The notes: generated by a model not told the origin, from the letters alone. 46,701 nt of DNA from Candidatus Altiarchaeota archaeon (GCA_043820265.1 JBDREA010000117.1:1-46701), one strand, 5' to 3'. Shown: positions 34,465-42,577, counted from the stretch's first letter. Numbers and translations are program-made.

Positions 34465-35025
34465 TTGAAGCGCGATAGTCAAAGCCCCGTCTTCAGCAAG
34501 CTGAGTTGTATCTCCCCAAGCGACGACTGCTATGTCTTCGTTTTTAAGTTCTTCCCCTGAAAGTTGCTCTATTAGATCTGGAAAGCCATCCAGGGGAGTG
34601 CTGTCATCTGGAAAGATGAGTTTTCCCTTCTTTTTTTGAATGATCACTGCTCCGTCCGCCCCAGCCTTCAACGATTGGTCGCGTAGTAATACTGTAGAAG
34701 CGACATTATCAGCGCCTTTTTTTACTATGACTAGAACTTGTTTTTTATCTTGTCCGCTCAGGTCAGCTGAATTAAAATCTTGCTCTATCCAAAGCTGGCC
34801 GAGTAATTTACTCGCCTTTTTCTCCCCCTTCTTTGAGAGCCGTTGGCCGCCTTTGTATGATTCAACTAGACCATCGCTCCAAAGACGTTTGAGTATTGTG
34901 CGCACACTTCCTTCCCCGACTCCGAGTTCTTGGACTAATCTTTTCCGACCAAGTGGACCATTTGCTAAAAGCAAAATCGAACGAACCAAATGAATATCTG
35001 TGAAACTAGGAGCAGCGCCGGCCAT
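34450..35025 (-). CDS. Winged-helix transcription regulator with an uncharacterised C-terminal domain (DUF4443-like)
   Basis: The wHTH LLANGPLGRKRLVQELGVGEGSVRTILKRLWSDGLVE, followed by a ~110-aa alpha/beta region. Confidence 0.6.
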   Translation of the reverse strand: MAGAAPSFTDIHLVRSILLLANGPLGRKRLVQELGVGEGSVRTILKRLWSDGLVESYKGGQRLSKKGEKKASKLLGQLWIEQDFNSADLSGQDKKQVLVIVKKGADNVASTVLLRDQSLKAGADGAVIIQKKKGKLIFPDDSTPLDGFPDLIEQLSGEELKNEDIAVVAWGDTTQLAEDGALTIALQLISR

Positions 35026-35075
35026 GGAGAAGTATTAACGGGATAAAATAAAAAAGTCCTAGGGAATATTTTTTT

Positions 35076-35546
35076 TCAGTACGTCCTCTTATCTTTCCTT
35101 TCCACCCATTCTTCGAAGAGTTTGATGCATTCTTCTTTCATGTATCCGGAGATCAGCTCTATTCTGCTTCCTGAAAGTGATTCCATTGTGAGGTCTGGGA
35201 TTTCGAGTTCGTTGAACCCGAACCTGGTTGCGTCCTGGATTGAGGTGCCGTAGGTGATGCGGTGGATGCGAGCCCAGTGGATGGCGCTAAAACACATGGG
35301 GCAGGGTTCTGTGGTCGAAAAGATCTCACAGTGCGATAGATCGATTTTTCCGAGTTTCTTACAGGCATCACGGATTGCATTGACTTCGGCGTGGGCTGTG
35401 ATGTCTGTGTCAGCCCAGACGGTGTTGTGGGCCACGGTTACGAGTTCTCCGTGGAATGCGATTGCTGCGCCGAACGGAGCCTGACCTTCACTGATGCCCT
35501 GTCTTGTGATGTTTATGGCAGCCTTCATGAAGTCAACGTTATTCAT
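35076..35546 (-). CDS. CDA-fold zinc deaminase, closest by eye to guanine deaminase (GuaD) / TadA-like enzymes
   Basis: PFGAAIA, TAHAEVNAIRDACKKLG and EPCPMCFSAIHWAR match H-A-E and PC-x2-C. Strong resemblance to the remembered B. subtilis GuaD. The ATG at 35546 is 3 nt after the HerA-like stop; a GTG at 35549 is also possible. Confidence 0.8.
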   Translation of the reverse strand: MNNVDFMKAAINITRQGISEGQAPFGAAIAFHGELVTVAHNTVWADTDITAHAEVNAIRDACKKLGKIDLSHCEIFSTTEPCPMCFSAIHWARIHRITYGTSIQDATRFGFNELEIPDLTMESLSGSRIELISGYMKEECIKLFEEWVERKDKRTY

Positions 35547-35549
35547 CAC

Positions 35550-37193
35550 CTACTCCTCTTCTTCGTCTTTCAGGAAGAATTTCTTCAGCTTTCCGCCTAT
35601 CATGGATCCTTTGGGTTTCCTGCGCTTTTCCTCGTCTTCGTCTTCAATGAAGTAGGGTTTGATTTTTTCTATTACTCCCTGGGGTTTTTTTTGCCTGGGA
35701 TGGGAGGGTTTGGCGTAAGGTCTGGGTGCCCCATCTTGTTCTTCTCTTTCTATTGATGACTCGTCTTCCTTCTCACCATCCCCTTCCTCCGCCTCTTCTT
35801 CGATGGAGGGTGGAGCCTGACTTCCATGAAGAGTTTCTCTAACGCGGATATCCACTGTTATAGGCTGCTCAACGCATTCACCCATTAAAAGAGCGTGGCC
35901 CACGGATAGCTGCTTTATGTCGTTTTCCATCCCGGGAGTGAATCCCTCGATCGACTGGGTTATCGCTCTCAGGTCGTTTGGATTTGTGACCTTAAGGATT
36001 ATCTGGGTGTTGCACTGGCTTAAGACGTTTTTATCGATTCTTGCGGGCCTCTGGCTGACAACGCATAAATAGAATCCGAACTTTCGGCCTTCTCCTGCGA
36101 CCGTCCGAAGTATTTCTGAGGAAATGGATTCCCCGAAACCTCTTTCCGGGCAGAAGTTGTGGGCTTCTTCCACGAGGTAGAGGAAGTCTGGGATTTTGTT
36201 GAGCTTTTTTGCCTCAAAAAGGTCTTTTGTTATCTTTGCCACGGTTAATTGGTTCAGGTGGGGGTCTCCGCCTTTTAGGTTTAGGATTGAACACATCCCG
36301 TCTTTGACAAGTTTTGTGGGAGTGATCGGTTCACCGGAAAAAATCTCAGATTCCATCAGGGTCTCTAATCCAGAAATCACCTTCCATCTGCTTCGACTAG
36401 GGTCGTCTTGGACCTCCTCTATCAACCTTGGCAGATCATAATCCTCTTCGCCTAGCCTTTCCATAGCCTCGAAAAGGATGCCCTTTTGGTTGTCGCCGAA
36501 TTTGAAAGGAAGCATCTCCAAAAGCTCCTTTATCTCGAAGTTCGAGGGCAACGTAAGTTTTTTCGCACCTGGATTAGCTTCCTTATTGACTGCATATTCA
36601 ACTATCTGGTCTGCATAGGCTCTTGGCTTGATATTGTATTTCACCATCGAATCGTAGTCATCGTTTTCGACTGCGAGGCTTCCGTATTCTCCGTGGGGAT
36701 CGATGATCACGACAGGGAACTTGTTTGCGAGAATGCCCTCAAGCAATACACCCACTGAGTAGCTTTTCCCCGCCCCCGTTTTTGCAAGCACTGACACGTG
36801 TTTTCCGATGGTCTTATGAAGATTCAAGTACACTGGGATGTCGTTTCCCTCCATGAGTCCCAGATAGATGCTTCCTTTTTTCCCCCGCATAAGACCGAGT
36901 ACGTCTATGATGAGGTCTCGGTCGGCGGAATAAACCTTTTCTTCGGGTTTGAAGGGAGTCTTTGGCACTTGTACTTCGCTTCCATCCCGGTAACCGATAG
37001 TGTGTGCTCGTGCGATCGTCTTCTCATCGTCCATGTCGTCTAAAAACCGCTTCAGATGATCCACGCGAGCCAAAACCCACCCATATATCTCATGGTGGAC
37101 CTTCACATACGACCCTTTTTCGATCCCGGGATAATCCAAGCGAATCGTGAAGTTGGTGCTCTTCACTTCCCCAGAGATGTTTCCGACGAACAT
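35550..37193 (-). CDS. HerA-like (DUF87, FtsK/HerA superfamily) ATPase with a long charged C-terminal tail
   Basis: N-terminal HAS-barrel-like segment (GSYVKVHHEIYGWVLARV). Walker A AKTGAGKS and Walker B FLYLVEEAHNF. About 90 aa of E/K-rich tail. Confidence 0.8.
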   Translation of the reverse strand: MFVGNISGEVKSTNFTIRLDYPGIEKGSYVKVHHEIYGWVLARVDHLKRFLDDMDDEKTIARAHTIGYRDGSEVQVPKTPFKPEEKVYSADRDLIIDVLGLMRGKKGSIYLGLMEGNDIPVYLNLHKTIGKHVSVLAKTGAGKSYSVGVLLEGILANKFPVVIIDPHGEYGSLAVENDDYDSMVKYNIKPRAYADQIVEYAVNKEANPGAKKLTLPSNFEIKELLEMLPFKFGDNQKGILFEAMERLGEEDYDLPRLIEEVQDDPSRSRWKVISGLETLMESEIFSGEPITPTKLVKDGMCSILNLKGGDPHLNQLTVAKITKDLFEAKKLNKIPDFLYLVEEAHNFCPERGFGESISSEILRTVAGEGRKFGFYLCVVSQRPARIDKNVLSQCNTQIILKVTNPNDLRAITQSIEGFTPGMENDIKQLSVGHALLMGECVEQPITVDIRVRETLHGSQAPPSIEEEAEEGDGEKEDESSIEREEQDGAPRPYAKPSHPRQKKPQGVIEKIKPYFIEDEDEEKRRKPKGSMIGGKLKKFFLKDEEEE

Positions 37194-37278
37194 TGCGCTG
37201 AATTATTACTTTTTCGGATTATTATAAAGTCAGAGACTACACTCTATCGTTATTTATCTTTTAGTACTAATTTTTGTT

Positions 37279-38211
37279 ATGTCCATTTCGGTCGTTGAGG
37301 TTGGGGCAACCAAAAAAGAGGGGGGAACCCGTTCTCACAGTGTTTGTTTTGGCGGCGCTACTGCCATGCCTTTTCATTTGGATGAAGGATTTTCAAGTTT
37401 GCCTCCCGTCGTCTCCCACGACGTCTTTGATATGGAGATCCCGCTGCCTACGTCGGTGCGTGAACGCTTCGGTGAGGCGCGAAAAGATCCCATCGAGTGG
37501 GCTAAGTTTAATGTTGAAAAATACGGGGCCGATTGCATCACAATCCACCTGATATCCACTGATCCAAAACAAAAAGATACAACAGTTAAAGATGCTTGCC
37601 AGATGGTTGAAGACCTGCTTAAGGCAGTGTCTGTTCCCTTAATCATTGCTGGCAGCGGTAATCCGAAAAAGGATTCGGAGTTGCTGGTAGCTGCCGCAAA
37701 AGTCTCATCCGGTGAACGGTGTCTTCTGTCAAGCGTTGATTTGAATATGGATTACAAGTCGGTTGCCAAAGCTGCCCTCGAGCATGGCCACAGTGTGCTT
37801 GGACTTGCATCGATGAATCCCGAGGAGATGAGGAGACTATGCTTGAATCTTATAAGGGAAGGATTGGATGCCGGGCGAATTGTCATGGATCTTTTTACTG
37901 GAGGCGTAGGATACGGCCTCGAATATAGTGTATCTGCCATGGAGTTGGCGCGGCTGAAAGGTCTTAGTGGAGTTGAGGGATTGACTTCGCCTATTGCATC
38001 TGCCACATCGAATGCGTGGAGTGCCAGGGAAGCCTGGGCACAAAAAGACGAGTGGGGTCCCAGGGAATACAGAGGCCCTTTATGGGAGTTATCGACTGCA
38101 ATTGTCACAATGCTTTCGGGAGCGGATCTCTTCATGATGCTTCACCCCGAGGCAATTTGCGATTTTAAAAAGTATTGTGACAAATTTCTTACATATAAAA
38201 AGGATGGATGA
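37279..38211 (+). CDS. cdhD: Corrinoid iron-sulfur protein small subunit (acetyl-CoA decarbonylase/synthase delta, CdhD/AcsD)
   Basis: GATKKEGGTRSHSVCFGGATAMPFH, GADCITIHL, TGGVGYGLEYSVSAMELARL and LHPEA align block by block with the remembered Moorella AcsD. Confidence 0.9.
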   Translation: MSISVVEVGATKKEGGTRSHSVCFGGATAMPFHLDEGFSSLPPVVSHDVFDMEIPLPTSVRERFGEARKDPIEWAKFNVEKYGADCITIHLISTDPKQKDTTVKDACQMVEDLLKAVSVPLIIAGSGNPKKDSELLVAAAKVSSGERCLLSSVDLNMDYKSVAKAALEHGHSVLGLASMNPEEMRRLCLNLIREGLDAGRIVMDLFTGGVGYGLEYSVSAMELARLKGLSGVEGLTSPIASATSNAWSAREAWAQKDEWGPREYRGPLWELSTAIVTMLSGADLFMMLHPEAICDFKKYCDKFLTYKKDG

Positions 38212-38401
38212 GGAAACCAAATTAATACTCAGGATATTTGACATATTGCCTTTGATCGACTGCGGACAGTGCGGGCTTCCCAAATGCAGGGACTTCGCAA
38301 GAGAACTGGTGGCAGGAGATGCGGAAGTCTTTGACTGCCCCCATTTGAATGAGGAAACCACGGAAAAGATAGTTTTGCTGTTGGATGATTTTTTCAAGTA
38401 G
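38204..38401 (+). CDS. Small (65 aa) free-standing Fe-S domain protein, paralog of the CdhE N-terminal [4Fe-4S] domain (PF04060-like)
   Basis: DCGQCGLPKCRDFARELVAGDAEVFDCPHL has the same C-x2-C-x4-C-x16-C-P spacing as CdhE (DCGDCGLSSCIRFAVKLSDREKSLESCPHL). The ATG at 38204 overlaps the cdhD stop by 8 nt, and the gene ends 3 nt before cdhE. Confidence 0.7.
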   Translation: MDEETKLILRIFDILPLIDCGQCGLPKCRDFARELVAGDAEVFDCPHLNEETTEKIVLLLDDFFK

Positions 38402-38404
38402 AAA

Positions 38405-39772
38405 ATGTTTTATGGCACACCCCTAGAAGTATATGAGTTCCTTCCGCACTTGGATTGTGGAGACTGTGGACTTTCAAGTTGCATAAGGTTTGCGGTTAAA
38501 CTGTCTGACCGTGAAAAATCGCTTGAATCCTGCCCGCACCTCGAAAAAAAGCAGGCTGAAGGTTTAAGGAGGTGTCTGAAATATTCAATTAGGCAGATAG
38601 ATGTGGGTGTGGGAAAGAATAGCGTTGTTTTCGGCGGAGAGGATGTAGCATACCGTCATGAGAAAAGGTTTTTCCATCCTCCCCCGATTTTCTTAGAGCT
38701 ATCTGACACTATGAGTGATGATGAGCTCAAAGAAAGGATCGATTTCGTTTCTGGGTTTCGCCCGAAGGTGAAGGGGAAGACTCTACATTTGGATGGTTTT
38801 TTGTTGTCTGAATCGATGGGTGATGCTGGTTTCTTTCTAAAACTTATTAGAGCCTTGGAGGATGTGGATTTCCCACTTATCTTGAAATCAAAAGATTTGT
38901 CTGTTCTTGCAGCAGCATTGGAGGTTGTTGGGGGAAGAAATCCTTTGATTTATGGGGCGAACCAGGAAAACTTTGAGAGTGTGGCAAAGCTTGCTTTAAA
39001 ACATGATTGCCCTGTGGTTTTATGCGGAAATGATCTTGAGGGGTTAGAAGAATTATCTGAGAAGATGCAAGGTTTTGGTGTATCAGATATTGTCTTTCAG
39101 GTTCCAATGGTAAGGAGCGATTTAGCAGATACCACCAATAGACTCTATGAGCTTCGAAAGGAGGGGTTAGGAAAAAATCCCTTGTTTTCTTTTCCGGTTC
39201 TAACTGATTTGACCGAGATAGGATTTATGCGAAACGAGCTGGATTCGGCATTCCATGAAAGCGTTTTGGCTTCTGTTTGCATCACGAGATATGCCGGTGC
39301 GCTCGCTTTGAGCTCAAGGTTTGATTGGAGCCTACTTTCTGTCCTCATTTTCCGTGAGGACCTTTACAGCGACCCTAAAAAACGCCCGACAGTGGAGTCT
39401 AAATTGTATTCAGTGGGTTCTCCAGACAAGAGGAGTCCAGTTTTGGTCACCTCTAATTTTTCAGCAACATTCTATAGTGTGAACCAGGATCTTGAGGATT
39501 CATCTATTTCAGCGCATTTACTGGCGGTTGATACCGGAGGCTTGGCAGTGACAGTTGCTTTGGCATCAGGAATACTCACTGCTGCAAAGATAAAGGATGC
39601 AATAGATAGAGTTGGCTTGGAAGAGGTTGTCGGCCATAAAAAATTGATTATACCTGGCGATGCGGCACAGATCGCACCAGAGACTGAACTTTTAACGGGC
39701 TGGTCAGTGGAGATTGGCCCAAGGGATTCTGGTGAGATAAAGTCTTATCTGGAAAAAATGACCAATCCGTGA
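38405..39772 (+). CDS. cdhE: Corrinoid iron-sulfur protein large subunit (acetyl-CoA decarbonylase/synthase gamma, CdhE/AcsC)
   Basis: N-terminal Fe-S domain, GEDVAYRHEKRFFHPP, NPLIYGANQENFESVAKLA, and SPVLVTSNFSATFYSV...LLAVDTGGLAV...LIIPG...LTGWSVEIGPRDSGEI align with the remembered AcsC. Confidence 0.9.
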   Translation: MFYGTPLEVYEFLPHLDCGDCGLSSCIRFAVKLSDREKSLESCPHLEKKQAEGLRRCLKYSIRQIDVGVGKNSVVFGGEDVAYRHEKRFFHPPPIFLELSDTMSDDELKERIDFVSGFRPKVKGKTLHLDGFLLSESMGDAGFFLKLIRALEDVDFPLILKSKDLSVLAAALEVVGGRNPLIYGANQENFESVAKLALKHDCPVVLCGNDLEGLEELSEKMQGFGVSDIVFQVPMVRSDLADTTNRLYELRKEGLGKNPLFSFPVLTDLTEIGFMRNELDSAFHESVLASVCITRYAGALALSSRFDWSLLSVLIFREDLYSDPKKRPTVESKLYSVGSPDKRSPVLVTSNFSATFYSVNQDLEDSSISAHLLAVDTGGLAVTVALASGILTAAKIKDAIDRVGLEEVVGHKKLIIPGDAAQIAPETELLTGWSVEIGPRDSGEIKSYLEKMTNP

Positions 39773-39779
39773 CTGAACA

Positions 39780-40205
39780 ATGAATTCTTTTGCCCACATA
39801 TTTGTGTCAATCCTGATTGCCCTGCAGTTTACTGACGACCCTCGGTTGATTTTTTTTGCGTGTCTATTCGGTGTGTTGCCTGACTTTGACCATATAGGCC
39901 ATTTGCCGGGGGCTATTAGGACCGGAAGGTTTGGCCCAGGGTCTAGGTCGGTTTTCCATGAATTATCTGGTCTTTCATTTTTTTGTTTTTTTTTGATCTT
40001 TTCTGGCAGCTTATTTCCGATACTGTTTTTTCCGTTGCTCGCTCACTATTTGTTGGATTACCTAGGGAGGCCTACAAGGCCTTTTTTCCCGTTCAATAAA
40101 TCTGAGCTTCATGTTGGGCTTTATCCGAGTTCCATTAAGTGGATGAATATTGTGGAGGTGCCTTTGACGTGTCTTTTAGCGTTTCTGACTTTTTTGTTTT
40201 GGTAG
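39780..40205 (+). CDS. Membrane protein, DUF457/YdjM-like putative metal-dependent hydrolase
   Basis: N-terminal AHIFVS, LPDFDHI and a later FHE..G motif, with four hydrophobic segments. Confidence 0.5.
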   Translation: MNSFAHIFVSILIALQFTDDPRLIFFACLFGVLPDFDHIGHLPGAIRTGRFGPGSRSVFHELSGLSFFCFFLIFSGSLFPILFFPLLAHYLLDYLGRPTRPFFPFNKSELHVGLYPSSIKWMNIVEVPLTCLLAFLTFLFW

Positions 40206-40591
40206 CTGAAAAACGAAAGATCACCGTCCCCGATGTTTTTCCGGTTGAGGCAAGACAAGTATCTGGTCTTTCTGTTGTTGCGAGTTTGAGCGTCGTTTTT
40301 TCTCCGGTTTTGGCTTTGGTTTCTTCATTGTTTTTAGATTTTTTAGATGGGGTCGTGGCTAGAAGCAAGAATTCGACGTCATATGAGGGAGGATTGATTG
40401 ATTGGGCCTCGGATCGTTATTCAGAGTTCATAATATTTGGTTATTTGGCTTATCTTTTTAATCCCTTTTTGTTGGTGTTGCCCGTAGTGAATGTGGTTTT
40501 GAACAACGTGATTATCCGTGGGCGGAAAGTATATATCCTACCTTTGAGGCAGATCCTTTTTGTTTATTTGTGTGGTTTATATTTTTTCTAG
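40139..40591 (+). CDS. Unusually short CDP-alcohol phosphatidyltransferase-family protein
   Basis: An exact D-G-x2-A-R-x8-G-x3-D-x3-D signature in DFLDGVVARSKNSTSYEGGLIDWASDRY. The ORF-track start is GTG 40139, which overlaps the upstream gene by 67 nt. GTG 40169 or TTG 40199 are alternatives. Confidence 0.65.
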   Translation: MDEYCGGAFDVSFSVSDFFVLVAEKRKITVPDVFPVEARQVSGLSVVASLSVVFSPVLALVSSLFLDFLDGVVARSKNSTSYEGGLIDWASDRYSEFIIFGYLAYLFNPFLLVLPVVNVVLNNVIIRGRKVYILPLRQILFVYLCGLYFF

Positions 40592-40772
40592 GATCTTTGA
40601 CTTGTTTGGGGTATTGTGATTTATTTGTAAATTATTGTATTTTTTTATATTTTATGATTTCTTTTATTTAACAAAAAGTGATGTCCAAAAACCCGAGAAA
40701 GAAGAGAGCGGAAAACAAAAAGATGGCGTATTTATAATAAAGAATACAAAAAACAATCTAAAGATACAAAAA

Positions 40773-41201
40773 ATGCCAGGTGAAGTTGGAAGACCAAGGA
40801 AAATCGACAAGATGAGCGCATCAATCACAGTGCGCCTACAAAACAAAGAGTTGGAAAATTTTAAAAAACTCTGCCAAGTAGCGAAAAGAAAACCCGCCGA
40901 CATCATCAGAGAATTCATAAGGGGGAAGATCACCGAAAACCGCCCCGAACTAATATCGCGGTTCTCTGCTGACGACGCAATCCAACCTATAGTAGGGGCA
41001 ATAACCTACAGATACAACCAAAAAACCGAAAAAATCGAAAGCCACGGCGTCACAGATGAAGGCGACGACATCCTCCTAGAAGTGCATGAACCAGAACACA
41101 TCGAAGAAGACATAAGCCACATGTACGAGGCATATCAGAAATACATTAGTTCGCAAAAACCCCATGACAGGCGAATGCCCAGAAAGATTCATAGGATTTG
41201 A
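40773..41201 (+). CDS. Ribbon-helix-helix (CopG/Arc-like) DNA-binding protein with an uncharacterised C-terminal half
   Basis: ITVRLQNKELENFKKLCQVAKRKPADIIREFI fits the RHH strand-helix-helix pattern. The start is moved to ATG 40773, because the ORF-track start is a TTG inside an AT-rich promoter-like region. Confidence 0.6.
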   Translation: MPGEVGRPRKIDKMSASITVRLQNKELENFKKLCQVAKRKPADIIREFIRGKITENRPELISRFSADDAIQPIVGAITYRYNQKTEKIESHGVTDEGDDILLEVHEPEHIEEDISHMYEAYQKYISSQKPHDRRMPRKIHRI

Positions 41202-42046
41202 CTGGAAGTCTTAAAGTGGACCTTCGCCACCTTTTCTAAAACACCTTGACCATGGGAAGAAACTAAAGACTTTGCCGCTTCCAAGGCATTGTTTCCTGAG
41301 CCCCCAGGTAATTCAAACCCATATTTTTCTCCTAAAAGCTTCCGTTCCTCCAAGTACCGAGACCTTGCAAGAACGGATGCGGCAGCCACAGCCAAGTCCA
41401 CTTCAGCTCTAGGCTTTTGAACCAATTCAATAGTCCTGCCTTTCGCCATTAACCTGTCCAAAAGAAAATGTTTTTCCCCGAACTGATCTGAGATAACCAA
41501 TCCACAATCGACTTTCTCAAGAAGGTTTTCTATGACTCTCGCATGAGCCCAGGAAAGAAGCTTGTTTAAGTTCTTGATCTCTTCGTACAGCGAGTTATAT
41601 CTTTGTGGGCCAATCGAAACCTCATCATAGACACAGCATTTTCTCACTTTATCTGCGATTTCATAAATCCTGCCATCCTTGAGCTGCTTAGAATCCCTTA
41701 CACCACATAACCTAAGCTGAGACTCCTCCGTATTACTGACATACACACCGGCCACGACGAGGGGGCCGAAGAAATCGCCTTTGCCGGATTCGTCAGTTCC
41801 AATATGAGAGATAAAAGGTTGAGCATCCTTCTGATGTAGAGAGTTCATGATCTTATCAATAACCAAGTCAACATCCCCCCCTTGGATGACCAATTTACCG
41901 GACTTGTAGAGAATAACTGTAAGTTGGTCTTTTTTTGCAGAAAAAAATGCGTGATCAACTTTACTGAAATAAAAACCTTGATCTTTAAGATAGCCTTCGA
42001 GAGTTCTACGAACTTTTAGATCAAGTTGCAGCACGCGTGACGTCAT
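41189..42046 (-). CDS. rnhC: Ribonuclease HIII
   Basis: N-terminal TVILYKSGKLVIQGG (the RNase HIII-specific N-domain), GTDESGKGDFFGPLVVAGV, GVRDSKQLKD, DQFGE and LAVAAASVLARSRYL...LPGGSG...HFKTS align closely with the remembered B. subtilis RnhC. ATG at 42046; the ORF-track start is a TTG one codon upstream. Confidence 0.85.
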   Translation of the reverse strand: MTSRVLQLDLKVRRTLEGYLKDQGFYFSKVDHAFFSAKKDQLTVILYKSGKLVIQGGDVDLVIDKIMNSLHQKDAQPFISHIGTDESGKGDFFGPLVVAGVYVSNTEESQLRLCGVRDSKQLKDGRIYEIADKVRKCCVYDEVSIGPQRYNSLYEEIKNLNKLLSWAHARVIENLLEKVDCGLVISDQFGEKHFLLDRLMAKGRTIELVQKPRAEVDLAVAAASVLARSRYLEERKLLGEKYGFELPGGSGNNALEAAKSLVSSHGQGVLEKVAKVHFKTSSQIL

Positions 42047-42061
42047 CAAGAGAAGAATAGG

Positions 42062-42082
42062 AAAAAAAGAAAAAAAGAAAAA
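42062..42082 (-). terminator. Oligo-T cluster (T5, T7, T7 on the minus strand) downstream of the MC1 gene
   Basis: The plus strand reads A7-G-A7-G-A5. It lies between the MC1 stop (42097) and the rnhC start. Confidence 0.5.
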
Positions 42083-42096
42083 TTTGAGAGGTTGTT

Positions 42097-42360
42097 TTAC
42101 AACCGCTCAATGCCAACCTTTTTTACCTGTGGCTCCTTGATCTTGTCCGGAAGCCATGAGGGCTTGTTGGCGGGTGCGCTAACTTCTTTAACAGATCCCG
42201 TGAAGACGTGAACTTTTTTTGTCCCCCGTTCCCTGAGCTTTATGCTCTTGAATCCTCTTCGGGCAGCCTTCAATGCGGCCTGCCTGGGCTGTTTTCCGGA
42301 AAAGATGTGTTCTGTGTCTTTTCCGCTTTCCATCAATACAAAATACTTTTTGTCTGCCAT
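42097..42360 (-). CDS. Chromatin protein MC1
   Basis: FSGKQPRQAALKAARRG...IKLRERGTKKVHVF...P.NKPSWLPDKI..P.VKK is nearly collinear with the remembered Methanosarcina MC1 (FTGKQPRQAALKAANRG...IRLRERGTKKVHVF...). Confidence 0.9.
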   Translation of the reverse strand: MADKKYFVLMESGKDTEHIFSGKQPRQAALKAARRGFKSIKLRERGTKKVHVFTGSVKEVSAPANKPSWLPDKIKEPQVKKVGIERL

Positions 42361-42456
42361 TTTTCACATCACCAATAATTAATTTATTAGATGCTATTGT
42401 ATATGCAGCATCCTTTAAAAAGGCTGTAGATTGCGTTTTTTAATAAATATTTATAG

Positions 42457-42496
42457 TCGATGGCATAATTATCTCTACATCCATATATGCCGTCGA
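42457..42496. repeat. 11-bp inverted repeat TCGATGGCATA / TATGCCGTCGA (one G-T position), 18-nt spacer
   Basis: Read directly, in the divergent MC1 / secreted-protein promoter region. Confidence 0.6.
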
Positions 42497-42503
42497 ATAT
42501 ATT

Positions 42504-42548
42504 GGACGTCAAAAATCCCTTATTAGTGTCTAAAGATGTTTGACGTCC
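42504..42548. repeat. Perfect 10-bp inverted repeat GGACGTCAAA / TTTGACGTCC, 25-nt spacer; each arm contains the palindrome GACGTC
   Basis: Read directly. It ends just upstream of the TATA-like TATATATT (about 42551-42558) and the ATG at 42578. Confidence 0.65.
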
Positions 42549-42577
42549 ACTATATATTGACAATAAATTGAACCATT

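Noticed and set aside
35550-37193. Calling this a canonical HerA-NurA end-resection module
   Set aside because: No NurA, Mre11 or Rad50 gene is adjacent. The downstream gene is a deaminase. It is therefore annotated only as a HerA-like DUF87 ATPase.
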